Positions 12,957-27,089 of a stretch of DNA of 64,000 bases are shown one piece after another. Within the stretch, counting starts at the first letter, position 1. Every line of letters begins with the position of its first letter. The translations under genes were made by a program, and so were the position numbers. Source of the stretch: Isurus oxyrinchus (lineage: Eukaryota); the NCBI GenBank assembly GCA_026770705.1, contig JANJGN010000016.1, positions 28,396,001 to 28,460,000 of the forward strand, written 5' to 3'. Under the pieces are notes generated by a model, which searched no databases, had not been told where the DNA came from, and worked only from the letters and a program-made list of their open reading frames with translations.

Positions 12957-13170
12957 CTGTCAATGTTGTTCACAGAGGAGTGTGACAAGGTGCGGGACCT
13001 GATGCACGTTCACTCCTTTAGTTACGATTTTCACCTGCGCGTCATTCATCAGTATCTGGTCGGCCGTCAGATGACTCTGAGGCAGGGCTACCACTTGACT
13101 AGCTTCCTAGAAGATTTTATCAGTCACCATCCAGATATTCCAAAATATGGAAGAAACCACATCTTTGAAG
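12957..13170 (+). CDS. SZT2: SZT2 coding exon
   Basis: cag|CTG TCA ATG ... GAA G|gtatga. Encodes [28 protein letters not shown]...GRNHIFE, contained in ORF 12915-13220. Phase 0/1. Confidence 0.96.
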
Positions 13171-13231
13171 GTATGAGAACTGTAACTTTGAAAAAGTTTA
13201 TGTTTATATTGTGCTTTTAACTTCATAAAAT

Positions 13232-13560
13232 GTACCAAAGCACCTCTCAGGAACATCATGAAGCAAAATTAGACTCCGAGCCAAATAAGCAACATTAGGA
13301 TAGATGTCCAAAAGCCTTAGTCAAAAAAGTAGGTTTTAAGGAATATCATAAAGGAGAAAAGAGAGGTGGAGAGGTTTAGGGAGGGAATTCCAGAGCTTTA
13401 AGGTTTAGGCTGCTGAAGGTACAGCCACCAGTGGTGGAGCTATTAAAATCTGGAAGGTCAAGACCACAATAAGATGAGGTGAGCAGGTATCTCAGAAGGT
13501 TGTGGAGTTGGATAAGATTACAGAGCTAGGGAGGGGTGAGGCCATGGAGATATTTGGAAA
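13232..13560 (-). mobile_element. L2-like LINE/SINE 3' fragment
   Basis: Similar to 4278-4600 and 14815-15200. Confidence 0.5.
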
Positions 13561-14473
13561 AGAATGGTTACATGATCAATATTTACTAATCCAAATCTCT
13601 CGATCATTTTCTATTGGTTAAATCTACAGCACTTTGTACTTCATTCCAATGTAACATCAATTTATTGCACTCAGAATATATGCCAGTTATAGGCCGTGTA
13701 GATTAATAGAGTGTGCAATTATTTTATGAGTGAGGAAGACGTCACAGTGCATGGGTAGACTTTACAAATGATTGTTAATATTTCATTCATGGGACGAGGG
13801 TGAGAAAATAAATTCATATTCACTGTAACTCCACTTTCTTTTGATTTATACTGTAAATACACCTATCGCCAGTAAATGTAATTTATGATTTTTCGGCATC
13901 TCGGGACTCCAGTCTGATGTACCACAGAGTGATAAGGTGTTATTCCATGGCTAGTCACCTTATAAGGTGCTGACTTTAGATCTGCTGTATTGAAAAAAAA
14001 GAAACGGGAGTTGATTCAAGCTATTTTCACATAGTATCTAGCTTTTTATTGCAATACAAAATGCATGGAATAGTTCAGCTGCCAAAATTGCAATATGCAA
14101 GGAGCCCAAAAGAGAAAAAAAGTGGAAGAAAATATTTTTTAATAAAAAGTTATGGTGCAATGCCACATTGTGGATAGTTCAGTTGGTATCCCTGATTTGG
14201 GGATGGGAAAGGTCAGCAGGGTTGCTATTACTATTTATTCATCAGTGACCTCCAATACAAAGTGCTGAGATTAGTTAAGGACAGATTTGGCCTCAGCAAT
14301 GACTTTGATTATTGTAAGGCCATTTGAACAATATTTCACCTTAAAAAAATGTGACTGATGCATTTCGAGTTGAAAAACATGCCAGTTGTGAAATACAAGC
14401 AAAGTATTAAGAAAAACATGCTGATTGATGCCCACAACTGTGATCAGTTTTTGAAATTCCATCTTTCTTTTAG

Positions 14474-14657
14474 GGACTATAGCCCTCTCCACAAACATGA
14501 CAACAGCTCACCAACTGTATAACTATATCACAGACCATGCCAGCACATACGGAATGAAACCGCTGCGCATGTCAAGAACAGCAATGAGTATGGATGGCAG
14601 AAAGGGGACCCAGAACACAGAAATGCATGAGTATGCATTAGTGGCTCTTTGGAATAG
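14474..14657 (+). CDS. SZT2: SZT2 coding exon
   Basis: tttag|GG ACT ... AAT AG|gtaagt. Encodes GTIALSTNMTTAHQLYNYITDHASTYGMKPLRM...HEYALVALWN (human [22 protein letters not shown]). Phase 1/2 fits both neighbours. Confidence 0.94.
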
Positions 14658-14814
14658 GTAAGTGCAAAGCCACATGTGTATATATAACATAGTGCTGCAA
14701 TGCATATCTACTTCTGTTTAGCTGCCTCCAATTCCATTGCCACTTGACATCTAACTCTTCTATGAAGAAGCTAACTGACACATAGTCAACTGTTTTGCTG
14801 GTTACTTGGTCTAA

Positions 14815-15680
14815 AAACGACAACAAGATGCATTTATACAGTGCCTTTCATATAGCAAAACACTCCAAGAAATCTCAAAGGAGCATTATCAAACAAAATT
14901 TGACACTGTACCACGTGTGAGATATAGGGCAGGTGCACAGCAGCTTGACTGAAGTGTTGGATTTAAGAAACATCTAAAGGAAGAGAGAGAGGCCGAGTGG
15001 CTTAGGAAGAGGTTTCTAGAACCTCAGGCCTAGGCAGCTGAAGGCACACTGTCGATGGTGTAGCAATGAAAATCATTGATACAGAAGAGATCAGAATTGG
15101 GAGGTGCGATCTTGGGAGCTTTGTAGGTCTGGAGGAGATTAGAGATAGGGAGAACAAGGTCATGGAGGAAAACAAGGATGAGAATTTTAAAATCGTGTCG
15201 TAGCTGGCCTGGGAGCCAACAAAGGCAACAAACAAATGATAGGTGAACGGGCTTGGTGTGAGTTATGGCATTGGCAGCAGAGTTTTGGATGAGATTGGAA
15301 GATGTGAAGCTGGCCAGAAGAGCATTGGAATAGCCAGGTATAGAGACAACAAAGGCATAGATGGATATTCACCTTGGGGTCAAATAGGACATTGAGATTA
15401 GAAATTATCTGGTTTAACTTCAGTGACCAAACAGAGGAATGGAACAAAGTTTACGGAGGGATTGAGACCAAAGATAATGGTTTAGGTCTTCCTAATATTT
15501 ATTTGGAGGAAATCTCTATTCATTTAGGACTGGAAGTCAAACAAGCAATATGACAAATCAGAGACAGTGGAGGGGTCAAGAGTGATGGTTGTGAGGTAGA
15601 GCTGGGTGTCATCAACATGTGAAATCCGGCATTATGTTTTCAGAAGAGGTTGCCGAGGGAAAGAATATGGGTGTGAAATA
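14815..15680 (-). mobile_element. L2-like LINE 3' fragment
   Basis: acaacaagatgcatttatacagtgcctt tail; body similar to 4278-5150. Confidence 0.55.
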
Positions 15681-16181
15681 GGATGGACCTCCCTCATGTC
15701 CCTCAACGATTTAAAGATCAGATCATGTCTCTCTCAGTATGCCTCCAGTGAAAGCAAGTTCAGCTGTGTAAATCACCCTGATAATTTTGTACCCTACATC
15801 CTAGAACCATCCTTGTTGCATTTGTCTGAACCCACTCCACATCATCAGTGTCCTTTTGACAATTCAGTGCCCCATATTGCACAAACTACTCCAAATCTGC
15901 CTTCTCTAACAAGCTGATCAAGATTTAAAAAACATTTCTTTTTAACTTATAAGGTGGATTTTAGATGTAATCAGAGCATAATTGCAAGAGCAAGTATGGG
16001 CAGAGATTAGTTATGTTTGTTCTCCACAACATGAATGATAATAAATATTGAATTGTCAGCTTGTTTTTGGAGTATTGCCTGGGATGTCATTATAATAGTT
16101 CAGAAAAATAATGTATTAGAATCATTTTTTGGTATTAATGAAAAGACTTGCAGGAATTTCTTCAATGTTTTTAACATCCAG

Positions 16182-16304
16182 ATCTGGATCATATAAAGAT
16201 TCTGAAGGAATCAGACACCATGATGAGTTTGACGTGTCCTTGTTGGTGTGTCACAGTGCAGGCCCTTTTGAAGAACAACCAGAAACAGAACGCAACATGC
16301 TACG
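16182..16304 (+). CDS. SZT2: SZT2 coding exon
   Basis: ccag|A TCT GGA ... CTA CG|gtagga. Encodes [40 protein letters not shown] (human [24 protein letters not shown]). Phase 2/2. Confidence 0.94.
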
Positions 16305-16534
16305 GTAGGATTTTCATAGGATTATCTCTTATTTTCTTTGACTTGTTTTAGTGGCCTTGTTTTGTCCACCTGGAGTTTTAAATATAGGAAACATGTAACC
16401 TCCAAGTCACCCTCTCGATTATTTGTATCTCTAGATTCAATGTTCTCTCCTTCACAGTGTAATAATCCCTACATCGTTCTATGCTACTGCGGTGAGAAAC
16501 GTTTACAAAAGCTGTGTACCTGTGCAAAGTTTAT

Positions 16535-16670
16535 AGTCGGGATTTTCCGGTCCTGCCCATCACGGGCCTGGAAGTTCTCGCATGAAGTCAAAGGACCTTT
16601 GGCTGGTCCATCAAATTTTCCGTCCTACCTGGAATGATTCCTGCTGCAGCAGGACCAGAAAATCCTGGCC
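16535..16670. mobile_element. ~135 bp MITE, same family as 2026-2160
   Basis: ~22 bp TIRs GTCGGGATTTTCCGGTCCTGC...GCAGGACCAGAAAATCCTGGCC. Confidence 0.65.
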
Positions 16671-18885
16671 CATGTGCCTGTGAAGCTTATGTCAAATCTC
16701 AAGGCTGGAATCTTGTGGATCCTTGATAAATATGGCATCTGGGCTTGTTACATTGGGAGGGGGTGAAGCCTGTAATTACATTGTGGCATACATTTCACCA
16801 CTAATCTTTCCTGCCCCAAATATATTTTGAGCCTTGGAGTTACGAATGATATTTCTAGAGTAAGTTGGACAGTTATTGTACTGAATAGTTGTTATACTGA
16901 CTAATGTCACATACCACATTCAGTCTAACACTCTATGATAAATCCTGTGCTTTTCCTGTAAACATATTTTCTTGACTTAATGCTGTGAATTCTAGTATAT
17001 ATTTCCAAAATACACTGCTTTGTAATGGTATGCTCTCAGCATAGTGGGCAATAATATGGCCCTGATATTTTCTGCTTTTGGTGTATTTTTGCCTTTGTTC
17101 CACCTAGATTTTGACACTCAGTTGATTTGATGTTACAGTTTACCTTCAGATATGATCTCAGTAATTATGTATAAATGAAGGATTTAAGTTTGTCTACATA
17201 AACTGTAGTGATTTCAAGAATTTTCAATTTGTAAAGTGAGAATCAATTAACAATATATAGTCAAAATTAATCTAGCCTTTCCAACATAAATCTTACCTTG
17301 ATCTGTTGTTTCTACACAAACCTAATTAGTAAGTATAGACCTGTTTGACACAAACCTCAAATACAAGTAGAACTACTTGTTAATTATCCTTTTGGTCGAT
17401 TTGTCTATAAATTGTAATTTGAAGTCATTTCTGAAGGCTTTCTGGTTCATCAAGCTATGGAGCTATGGCTGAATCTGATCACTATTATTACACTCCATTA
17501 ACTGCCTTGTACTACAATCAATATCAGAGCCATAGCAGAGGGATGTTTGAAGCATTGATGCACAGGGAGAACAGATTTCTTTTTAGCAAACCACACTACA
17601 GGTACAGGCATGGTTAAAAGGGTCTTATTACAATAGGTAGGGTTAAGAAAACTTAAGGAAGACTAATTTAGGTTTGTTGGCAAACCTCAACCCAGGATTA
17701 TATATTCTGCAATCCATAAACTATGTGCACCTTAAAAACCTTGTCTTCCTAATTTGTTTACTTTCTGGTTATAAGAAGATATAGCTAAAAATTTACAAAA
17801 TGATTTATGCTGATTTACAATGCTTCTGACAAATGAAAATTAACACTGATGAATACAAAGTACGACAGGTGGGTCTAAAATATGGATCAACAGTACGAGT
17901 AAGTAGCATTAAACAAATTTATGATTAATAGGTTGAACATTTGTTTCAGTATCCAGAATGTTTGGCAGAGAAATTAAGAAAATTAACAGAATATTGGGAT
18001 TATAAATGTAACTGAAACAATAAAATAGAAGTCTTCAGAAACTATATGATGGCTTTACAATACACTTCAAACTATTATGTTTACTATGAGGTAAACATAA
18101 GTGGAAAAGTTATAGAATGATAACAACACTGATACTAAGTATAAAGTGGATCAGTATGAGAAATGATTAGGGCACTTCAACAAAGTTGTTTAATTAAATA
18201 ATAAAGATATAGTAATCCCAGATTATCACTTGAAATGAGTCAGTAAAATAGGACTAGAGGATTTACCTGGTTCTTAGTTAAAAAAAACATGCAGTTAGTA
18301 CTGATTTGTGTAAGAACCTCTTTACTTGGTGTGAAATATGCGGAGGGATCTGCCAGTCAGCACAATAGAGCCAAAAACAGCTATTTTGATTTTGATCAAT
18401 GCTGCAATGCGAGAGGGTACCAGAGATCTGAGGTTCAGTGGATCAAAAAGCCATTTCTCATCTCTTAAGTGTTTATGGAGTTAAATAGTCCAGTATTCAG
18501 GAGGAACATCATAGCCCTTTTAAGCCTTTCAGTCTTGGAGTAACTGCTGACCATGTGATCTTCTCAAGCAATTCCTGCAGCTTTGATCATATTTTGATTT
18601 AATTGTCTATTTTTGAGGCACTGTACCTCACCTTCCACCCTTTCACATCCAAAGCTGATTTTTTCCATCCTCTGAATACAGTTCTGAGATAAAGATCCAA
18701 GATGAGGATTTCATTAGGTTTCTGGGTGATCGAGCAGCTGCTAACAAGATCATAGTGTCCAGTGATTATTTTGCTTTGAATGACTGCATTTGCATGTGGA
18801 TAATGATATTCAGACAATGCTGAATTTAACTACTGAATTTCAGTAGCTAAGCTGTGTGTCCCGCAGGCCTTTCTTTATGTGACTG

Positions 18886-21745
18886 TAGGAACATAGGAAC
18901 AGGAGGAGGCCATTCAGCCCATCGAGCCTGCTCTGCCATTCAATACAATCATGGCTGATCGAACACTTCAATGCCTTTTACCCACATTATCCCCATAATC
19001 CTTTACATTATTGTTAATCAGAAATCTATCAATCTCTACCTTAAACATATTCAATGACTGAGCTTCCACGACCCTTTGGGGTAGAGAATTCCAAAGATTC
19101 GCAACCCTCTGAGTAAAGAAATTTTTCCTCATCTCGATCCTAAGTTTCCCCCTTCTTTTGAAATTGTGTCCTCTTGTTCTAGACTCCTCAACCAGGAGAA
19201 ACACCCGACCTGCATCTACCCTGTCTATTCCTTTAAGTATTTTGTAGGTTTCAATGAGATCATCTCTCATTCTTCAAAACTCTAGAGAATACAGGCCCAG
19301 TTTCCCCAATCTCTCTTCATAAGACAGTCCCACCATCCCTGGAACAAGTCTGGTGAACTTTTGTTGCACTCCCTCTATGGCAATAATATCCTTTTTGAGG
19401 CAAGTGGACCACAGTACTCCACGTGCGGTCTAACCAAACTTCAATGCAATTGAAGCAAGACTTCACTACTCCTGTACTCAAATCCTTGTGTGATAAAGGC
19501 TAGCGTTCCATTAGCCTTCCTAATTACCTGCTGCACCTGCATATTAGCTTTCAGTGACCTATGGACAAGGACATGGAGGTCCCTTTGTACATCTACACTT
19601 TCCAATCTCTTACCATTTGGGAAATACTTTGCACATCTGTTCCTTCTACCAAAGTGGACAACCTCACATTTCTCCACATTGTATTCCATCTGCCTTGTTC
19701 TTGCCCCCTCACATGGTCTGTAGAAATCCTCCTGTAGCTGCTTTACATCTTCCTCACATGTTCCTGCCTAGCTTTGTATCATTAGTGAACTTGGAAATAT
19801 TACATTTGGTTCCCACATCCAAATCATTGATATATATTGTGAACAGCTGGGGCCCAAGTACTGATCCTTGCGGTACCCCACTAGTCACAGCCTGCCAATG
19901 CAAGAATGACCCGTTTAGTCCTTCTCTGTTTTCTACCTGTTAGCCAATCCTTAATCCATGCCAGTATATTGCCTCCTATCCCGTGTGCTTTTAATTTGCT
20001 AATCAATCTCCGGTGGGGGACTTTATCAAAAGCCTTCTGAAAATCCAAGTATATTTCGTCCATTGACTCTCCTTTATCAATTTGTTAGTAATATTCTCAA
20101 AAAACTCCAACAGGTTTGTCAAACATGATTCCCCATTCACCAATCCATGCTGACTATGCCCAGTCAGATCATGATTATCCAAGCGTCCATTTATCACAAC
20201 CTTTATAATAGATTCTAGCATTTTCCTTTCTACTAATGTAAGGCTAACAGGTCTATAGTTCCCTGTTTTCTTTCTCTCTCCCTTCTTAAATAGTGGGATG
20301 ACATTTGCTATCTTTCAATCTTCAGGAACCATTCCAGAATCTATAGGATTTTGGAAAATGATCACCAATGCATCCACTATCTCTACAACAACCGCTTTCA
20401 ACACTCTGGGATACAGAATATCAAGTCTTAGGACTTATCAGCTTTCAGTCCCATTAATTTCTCCAATACAACCTTCTTACTTAAACTAATTTCGTTCAAC
20501 TCCTCATTCTCCCTAGCCCTTGGATCTCTAAATTTGGGAGATTTCCTGTATCTTCCTCAGTGAAAATAGACACAAAGATATCATTTAGCTTCTCTGCCAT
20601 TTCTCTATTCCTCATTATGAATTCTCCTGACTCTGCCTGTAATGGACCCACACTTGACTTAGCCAAACGCTTCCTTTTTACATACCTATAGAAGCTTTAA
20701 CAGTCCGTTTTTATGTTTTTTACTAGATTGCATTCATATTCTATTCTCCCTTTTTTTTTTACCAGTTTCTTGGTCTTCCTTTGATATATTCTAAAAACCT
20801 CCCAGTCCTCAGGTTTATTACTACTTCTGGCAACTTTATAAGCCTTTTCTTTTAATCGTATACAATCTTTAATTTTCTTTGTCAGCCCACAGTTGACTGT
20901 CTTTTTTGGGTTTTTGCACCTTGAAGGAATGTATAGGTTCTGTAAGCTATGTCATAGTTCTTTGAAGACAACCCTTTGCCTATGTACAGTCATACCTTTT
21001 AATGTATTTTCCCAATCCACCTCAGCCAATTTGTCCCTCATACCTTCATAATTTCCTTTATTCAACTTTAACCACCCTTGCCTCAGAGTGAACGACCTCA
21101 CTTTCAAATATAATTTAAAATTCTATCATATTGTCGTCACTCATCCCTAAAGGGTCTTTTACAACAAGATTATTGCTTAGCCTTTTACGTAATACTAGTT
21201 CTAAAAAAGCCTATCATCTAGTCGGCTCCTCAACATACTGCCCTAGTAAACCATCCCTACCACACTCCAGAAACTCATCTTCCACAGCATTAGTGCTCAA
21301 TTGTTTTATCCTGTCTATATGCAGATTGAAGTCACCCATGATTACTGTATTGCCCATGCTACATGCTTCTCTCATCTCCTCATTAATACCATGCCCCACA
21401 TTACCACTACTGTTTGGTGGCCTATAAACATCTCCAACCAATGCCTGCTGCCCTTTGCTGTTTCTTAGCTCCACCCAAATAGATTCCACACATTGTTCTT
21501 CTGATCTGAGATCCTCCCTTACTAACGCCCTGATCCGTCCCTTATTATCAGCACAACTCCATCTCCTTTTCCTTTTTATCTGTCCTTTTTAAACATCGAA
21601 TATCCTTCAATATTCAGTTCCCAGCCTTGGTTACCATGCAGCCATGTTTCCGTAATGGCAATTATATCATACCCATCTAACTCTATTTGTGGCTTTAGAT
21701 CATCTACCTTATTGTGAATGCTAAGTGCATTCAGGTAGAGTGCCC
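18886..21745 (-). mobile_element. CR1-type LINE, most of ORF2 (endonuclease and RT), disrupted
   Basis: ESIWVELRN..VYRPPNS..MGDFN (APE), YLDFQKAFDKVPH (RT), MRDDLIETYK..TRGH C-terminus, TAGGAACA-type tail. Contains stops and frameshifts. Confidence 0.93.
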
Positions 21746-22939
21746 TTTTTGACATAATTCCACATTCAAAGCATACTCAATGCTTTGCTTTGTTCCTCCT
21801 GCCTTCTAGTCTCACTACTATTTCTGAACTGTGTATGTCTCAAACTGGAATTCTATCTTGACTGTATAGCTGGATACTTTACAGGGACTATAAGCAGCCT
21901 TCTCCTAGTTTATTATGTGATATTCCTGTGTGATAAAAGATTTCAAAATAAAGATTAAATCAAATTCAAAATTATATAGTACATTGGCCATGTTCGACAA
22001 TGGATTAGGCATGCACCGTTACACTGTATATGTCTGCAGTAAGATTTCAATGCCTGTAAACTTTCTACTCCCAGTTTGCCCCAAAATAATACAATACTAT
22101 ATAACCTTCCCTCAAATCATACTTAGTTATGGAATATTAGAAATTTTCTATGACTTTAAAAAAAATGAATTTTCCTTCCGCCGCCCCCCCCCCCCCAAAC
22201 GGCAACTCTCCCACACACAGGCAGTGGTTCCATCATTGCTACATGGATCTAGGGTGCTGGGTGTCCTTCTGGACCCTGATCAAGTAGATATTATTCATGC
22301 ATGAGACTTAATAGTAATGTCAGTAGTATATTTGACTTAGGAGGTATTAGACTTAAGAAATGACCTGTTTTCACCTGCCTGCCATACACCCATTTCCAGC
22401 AGGAGGTGCTGGATTTCAGTAGGAACCAGGAATCCTGGTAGATTTTTCTTTCTTAATAGGGACGTATGGAGCCAAATGTAACACTATGACCATGAGCCCA
22501 GCTGAGATTGCTTAACTTGGCACAGTTAAAATATGTTAAGCAATCTGATGCCTAAAAATAGGCTGCTGTTTCTCACCCAAGATTCCCAACAATGCAAGTT
22601 CTTGATCCCAGGTGTGGTTGAGACAAGCAGCCCCCACAGAATGGGGAACTTGATGCATCAACCTATACCAATGCGGTAAAGCTTAGCAATGGCTGATTCA
22701 AGAGTAGCCCTGGGGAAACTGAGAAAATAGGGATAACTTTATCTTTTGGGATGAGAAATGAGGTACAAAGATTGTGAAACTGAGATGGAAACATAAATAG
22801 TTCACATACTGGTGATGGGTGAAGAGATTAAAATAATGTACCTATCAAGCCCCTTTCCTTTGGATATTTTAATTGGCACAATTAGGGTAGACCATCTACA
22901 TGGAAAATTTACCATACAGAAGGTGGCCATTTGCTGGCC

Positions 22940-23200
22940 AAAAGAAGACCTATCCAGTTCAATCCCACTTTCCAGCTCTTGGCACATCATCCTGTAGGTT
23001 ACAACACTTCAATATCATGTCCAAGTACTTTTTCAGTGTGATGAGGGTTTCTGCCTCCACCACCATTTCAAACAGTGAGATCCAGACCCCTACCCCTCTC
23101 TGGGTGAAAGATTTCTCAACTTTCCTGTAATGCTTCTGTCAGTTACTTCAAATCTAAGACCCTTGGTTATTGACTTTTCCTAGGTTATCCCTTTTCTATA
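22940..23200 (-). mobile_element. CR1-type 3' fragment
   Basis: tctgcctccaccacc..gatccagacccctacccctctctgggtgaaag resembles the other CR1 tails in this window. Confidence 0.6.
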
Positions 23201-23906
23201 GGTTTTTGGTTCAGGACAGCTCATACTGATGATCTTCTCCATTGGTAAGATCCTAAGTGCAGTCAATTAGAGCATTTGCAGCATGAGGTTTTAATTTAGC
23301 ACAATAAGCAAAATTGACAATATCACTCAAAGCCAAAAAGGCCGGTGTGTGACATGGGAAAATACACATGCAATTTTTCGAGAATTAAGACACATTTGGA
23401 ATGTTGTGCAATGCTAATGCACTTCAAAATAAACATGTTAAGGCCTTTAAATGGTGGGGAAAAGGCATTTCATTACTAATTATGCAGTGCAACTTTCAGT
23501 CTACTGGGTAAGTTGAGCTTTACTCTGCACCTGCAAATTGTATATCTGAGCAGATAGCAGCACTGGATTCAAAAATGCCAATGTTCAATTCTTCATTTAG
23601 AAAATCAAATATATCAAAAGACACAGCTACCAGCGAATCTGCATCTACAGGAAATACTGGGTTTGAAAGCTCTCCCTGCGTAAGAAGTTAGTAATAAAAA
23701 AAAAATTCAAACACATATAAATTTTCTGCCTGATCACAAGATGAAACATTTTTATCTTTCTCCTTGCTGAATTCGTACCCCAGCGATTCCAGTTATATCT
23801 CTATTATATTCATTTTTTGCAACTTCAAGAATGACTCAAACCCATTCCTTGCTATAGGCACAAATACAAAATTCAATTTTTAAAGTTTATTCTCTTTTTT
23901 TTTAAG

Positions 23907-24393
23907 ATTGCGTTTCTATGTGATCATGACGAGCTGCAGGGAGCTCTTCCCAAGACTAACTGCTGATATGAGACGCTTTAAGAAATTACCGCAAACTCGT
24001 AGGGACTCTTTGGACTTTGCTAGAGATTCCTCATTGTCAGAAAAATATGAACCCGAAAGAAGAGAGACTGACCCAGACGGGTGGGATGAGACAAATGATT
24101 CCCGTGAGTTTTACTCACATAGGAAACCAGTGAAGATGGCGCCAGAGCTATTCTACTCCTCTCCACTCTTCCCTTTGCTGGCTTCAGAGGTAGCAACAGC
24201 CCAAGAACAAATTGCAATGATGGTTCAACAAGCAAAGTCCCACTGTCGTCGTGATGTTCTCTGGCAGCGCCTTTTCCTGGGAGAGCATCTGTCTTCAGAC
24301 AAACACAAAATGAGCAAGCTGTCATTTGCTGAGCTGGAAGAGTTACTTGGTGCTGTGCATAGCAAATCCATTTCTGAGATTGACCCACAACTG
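23907..24393 (+). CDS. SZT2: SZT2 coding exon
   Basis: T-tract and taag|A TTG ... CAA CTG|gtgaga. Encodes LRFYVIMTSCRELFPRLTADMRRF...HCRRDVLWQRLFL...AELEELLGAVHSKSISEIDPQL (ORF 23908-24483). Phase 2/0. Confidence 0.96.
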
Positions 24394-25495
24394 GTGAGAG
24401 ATAGAATATTCTGTAGTTATCAGTTGAATATTATTTTCAATCTAGCCTGTGTTGTGATGAGAGTTCCTTACAACTGGTGTTGACAGGTGACTCAGGTACT
24501 TTTCCCCAGATACCCTGCCTTATTTATTGATACACATTCGGTAGAAGCCTCTAGAATCAATTCCTGACATACCCAAAACTCATGTCAACGCACTTGTCTA
24601 ATGGGCATTGATTCCACAGAGAATCCACTGCACAGAGGTCCACGATTTACCTGTATATTAATAGGGAGGCAACAGAGTAACCAAAGGCAGATAGTGATTG
24701 TGTATTTTAAAACCTCTCCCAATATAGCCATAACCAACACTGATAGAGTGTTGGTTAAGGATATATTCTCTGGTTGAAGAGCCTTCATGGGGCTGAAAAT
24801 CGAAGAGTTATGAAGTTGTGCTTTCTGTGTTATAGGCTGGGGAATACTTTATGTTGAAGGTTCTCCTCAAAATCATTTACCTGTATCACTGCATATTATA
24901 CTTTGAACTGTGAGATGCATCACAGTTTATGCCATTACATTGATTTCCATATCCCTATATTGTATTGAGATTAAAACAGATAGAAGGCATGCATGATAGC
25001 TGTAACAAATACAATATAAAAGTATTTCAGGAGAAAGCTACAAGTGAAATACACAGATATAACTTTTTCAAAGTCTCATTTGAATCCTGAGAAGTGCAAT
25101 CAGAAGCTTAACTTCTTCTCCAATCATTGAGAATGATATCAGAAACTGCAAAGTATGTGTTCTTGTTATTATGAATCAGACTGTCATCAAAAATAGGGAA
25201 TGTTAGTGTAGAAGAATGAGCACTTCTCTTCAACAGGCAGTATAGCATAGTGCATCTGCAAAGTAAGGATTGACTAATCTGCTTCAGCAATAGGCCCTAT
25301 TTATATCTCTAACACAAGGAAGATTATGCATGAAGAAAACAAAACAATTGGTATCACTGTTTTGGCATTCGTTCCTCATGGACCTTTTTTGGATTTGTTT
25401 CTCCCAACCCTATTCACCTTCTTCGAATTTCATGAATATTCTTTCTAGCCTATTGCCTCCTCTATTTATTGTTGCTCTGCTCTCTCTTGTACCAG

Positions 25496-25612
25496 GATTG
25501 CTTCCTGTCAATGAGTACCAGCTGGTATCAGAGCCTGATCAAGGTTTTACTCAACCGATTCTGCCAGAGTTGCCGTCACTTTGTAGATGCAGATAGAGGA
25601 ATCCAATACCTG
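25496..25612 (+). CDS. SZT2: SZT2 coding exon
   Basis: accag|GAT ... TAC CTG|gtaagt. Encodes [39 protein letters not shown]. Phase 0/0. Confidence 0.95.
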
Positions 25613-26538
25613 GTAAGTTAAAACTCAGAATCTAACCCATTTATATCCATTGCCTGTTTTAAGTCACAGGTGGGTACATTACAGAAAATGAGTTTCCAGA
25701 CTTGCCAACAAACTTCTTCACTAAAACTTGCAGATGATCTATGGCTTATAGATAAGTTATTTCCTCCTTTCTAACATAACATCATTGGGGAAACTGATTT
25801 AAGATGATCGAATGATTTAAACTGCAATTTTATAGCACAGCACATATTGGTGGTATTTTCACTCCACAATTTTGTGTGTATTTGTGTGGAAGTCAAAATC
25901 ATTGGCCTTCCTGACGATAATTATACACCCACTTATTTGTATCTCTTACCGAGATACATAAGATTATATGGAAGATGTTTCGGGATGCTCGTAGTCAGGA
26001 AGCAGGTTGGAGCTAGGGCCTGGTTAGGTATTGTAGGAAGTGCAGCTTTGGTATGTGGGGGCAGCAAGAAGGAAATGAAGGACACTAACAGAAGCAGATG
26101 GGGTGCTGGGGAGTGGGAGTAGTTGGGGCCTGTTCTGATTGTTGGCTAGTGTGTATGGTTGTGGCAGTTGAATGTGGATGGATGGAGGTGTGGTTTTGGG
26201 CAATGGGTTATGGCAGCACTTAAGATTCAGATCAATTTGGAATCAGAAATAATTGAGTATGCTCTAGTAGAAGGAACGTTTCAAAATTGATCATGTTTCA
26301 ATTCACAAAAGTGTCCAAGGATCAATGTAAAAAAGCAGTAGTTGGTTAGTGTTTTGCCTTCATATCACCTTCCAACTATCAGTAACTTTCCCCAAGATTA
26401 TTACACTTGCATTTCTACTCCTAGTTAAGACAGCTGGGTCAGCTAAAAAACAAGGAGAGTTTCTCCATCTTTAATAAAGCTATAGGATCCATGTGTGTTA
26501 AATTAATAGCAATGAAAATCATAAAACCAAAAGGAGAC

Positions 26539-26640
26539 TACAGTAAATCTTGGTTTAACATTGCTCCATTTAACATTGTTTTGCTTTAACATCAGTAAGT
26601 TAATGGGGCCTATAATCTTGTTGAGTATCGCAAAATTCAT
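26539..26640. mobile_element. Possible pogo/Tigger-like DNA transposon end; partner end may lie near 29700-29790
   Basis: TA-CAGTAAATCTTGGTTTAACA with repeated tttaacatt subterminal units. Resemblance only; no clean partner TIR found. Confidence 0.3.
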
Positions 26641-27089
26641 TGTACATCGTTTTCCACGTGACCCAATTGGCACCATTTTGGAGTGACCACTTCTGCTGTC
26701 TAACTCTCCGACTTGTGCCCGACCCGCCCTTTTGCTGTACCTCCCACCCCCTGACTCAACCGCTCACCGCTTCCCTCTCCTGGAACAGCATACCTGTTCA
26801 AGATCCAGATTCAATCCAAAGCTCCAGGGTTGTGAAAGTGCAAGTTCCAATGGTGCCGAAGTGCTGGGATGGGGCTATTATAAGCCATGTTTTTTGTAAA
26901 TGACTCGAAGCTGCTCCTCCTGCCTCATTGCTCACCTCCAGAGCCCTCGCTCACAGCAAGGTTTCAGGAGAGGGAAGCAGTGAGCAGAAGCGTTTTTAAA
27001 AAATGTTGGATTAAAACAGCCCCAGCTCAGCACTTCTCTACTATTTGCACATCCTACCCCACTCCCCCTCAGGACATTGTCCCTTTTCT

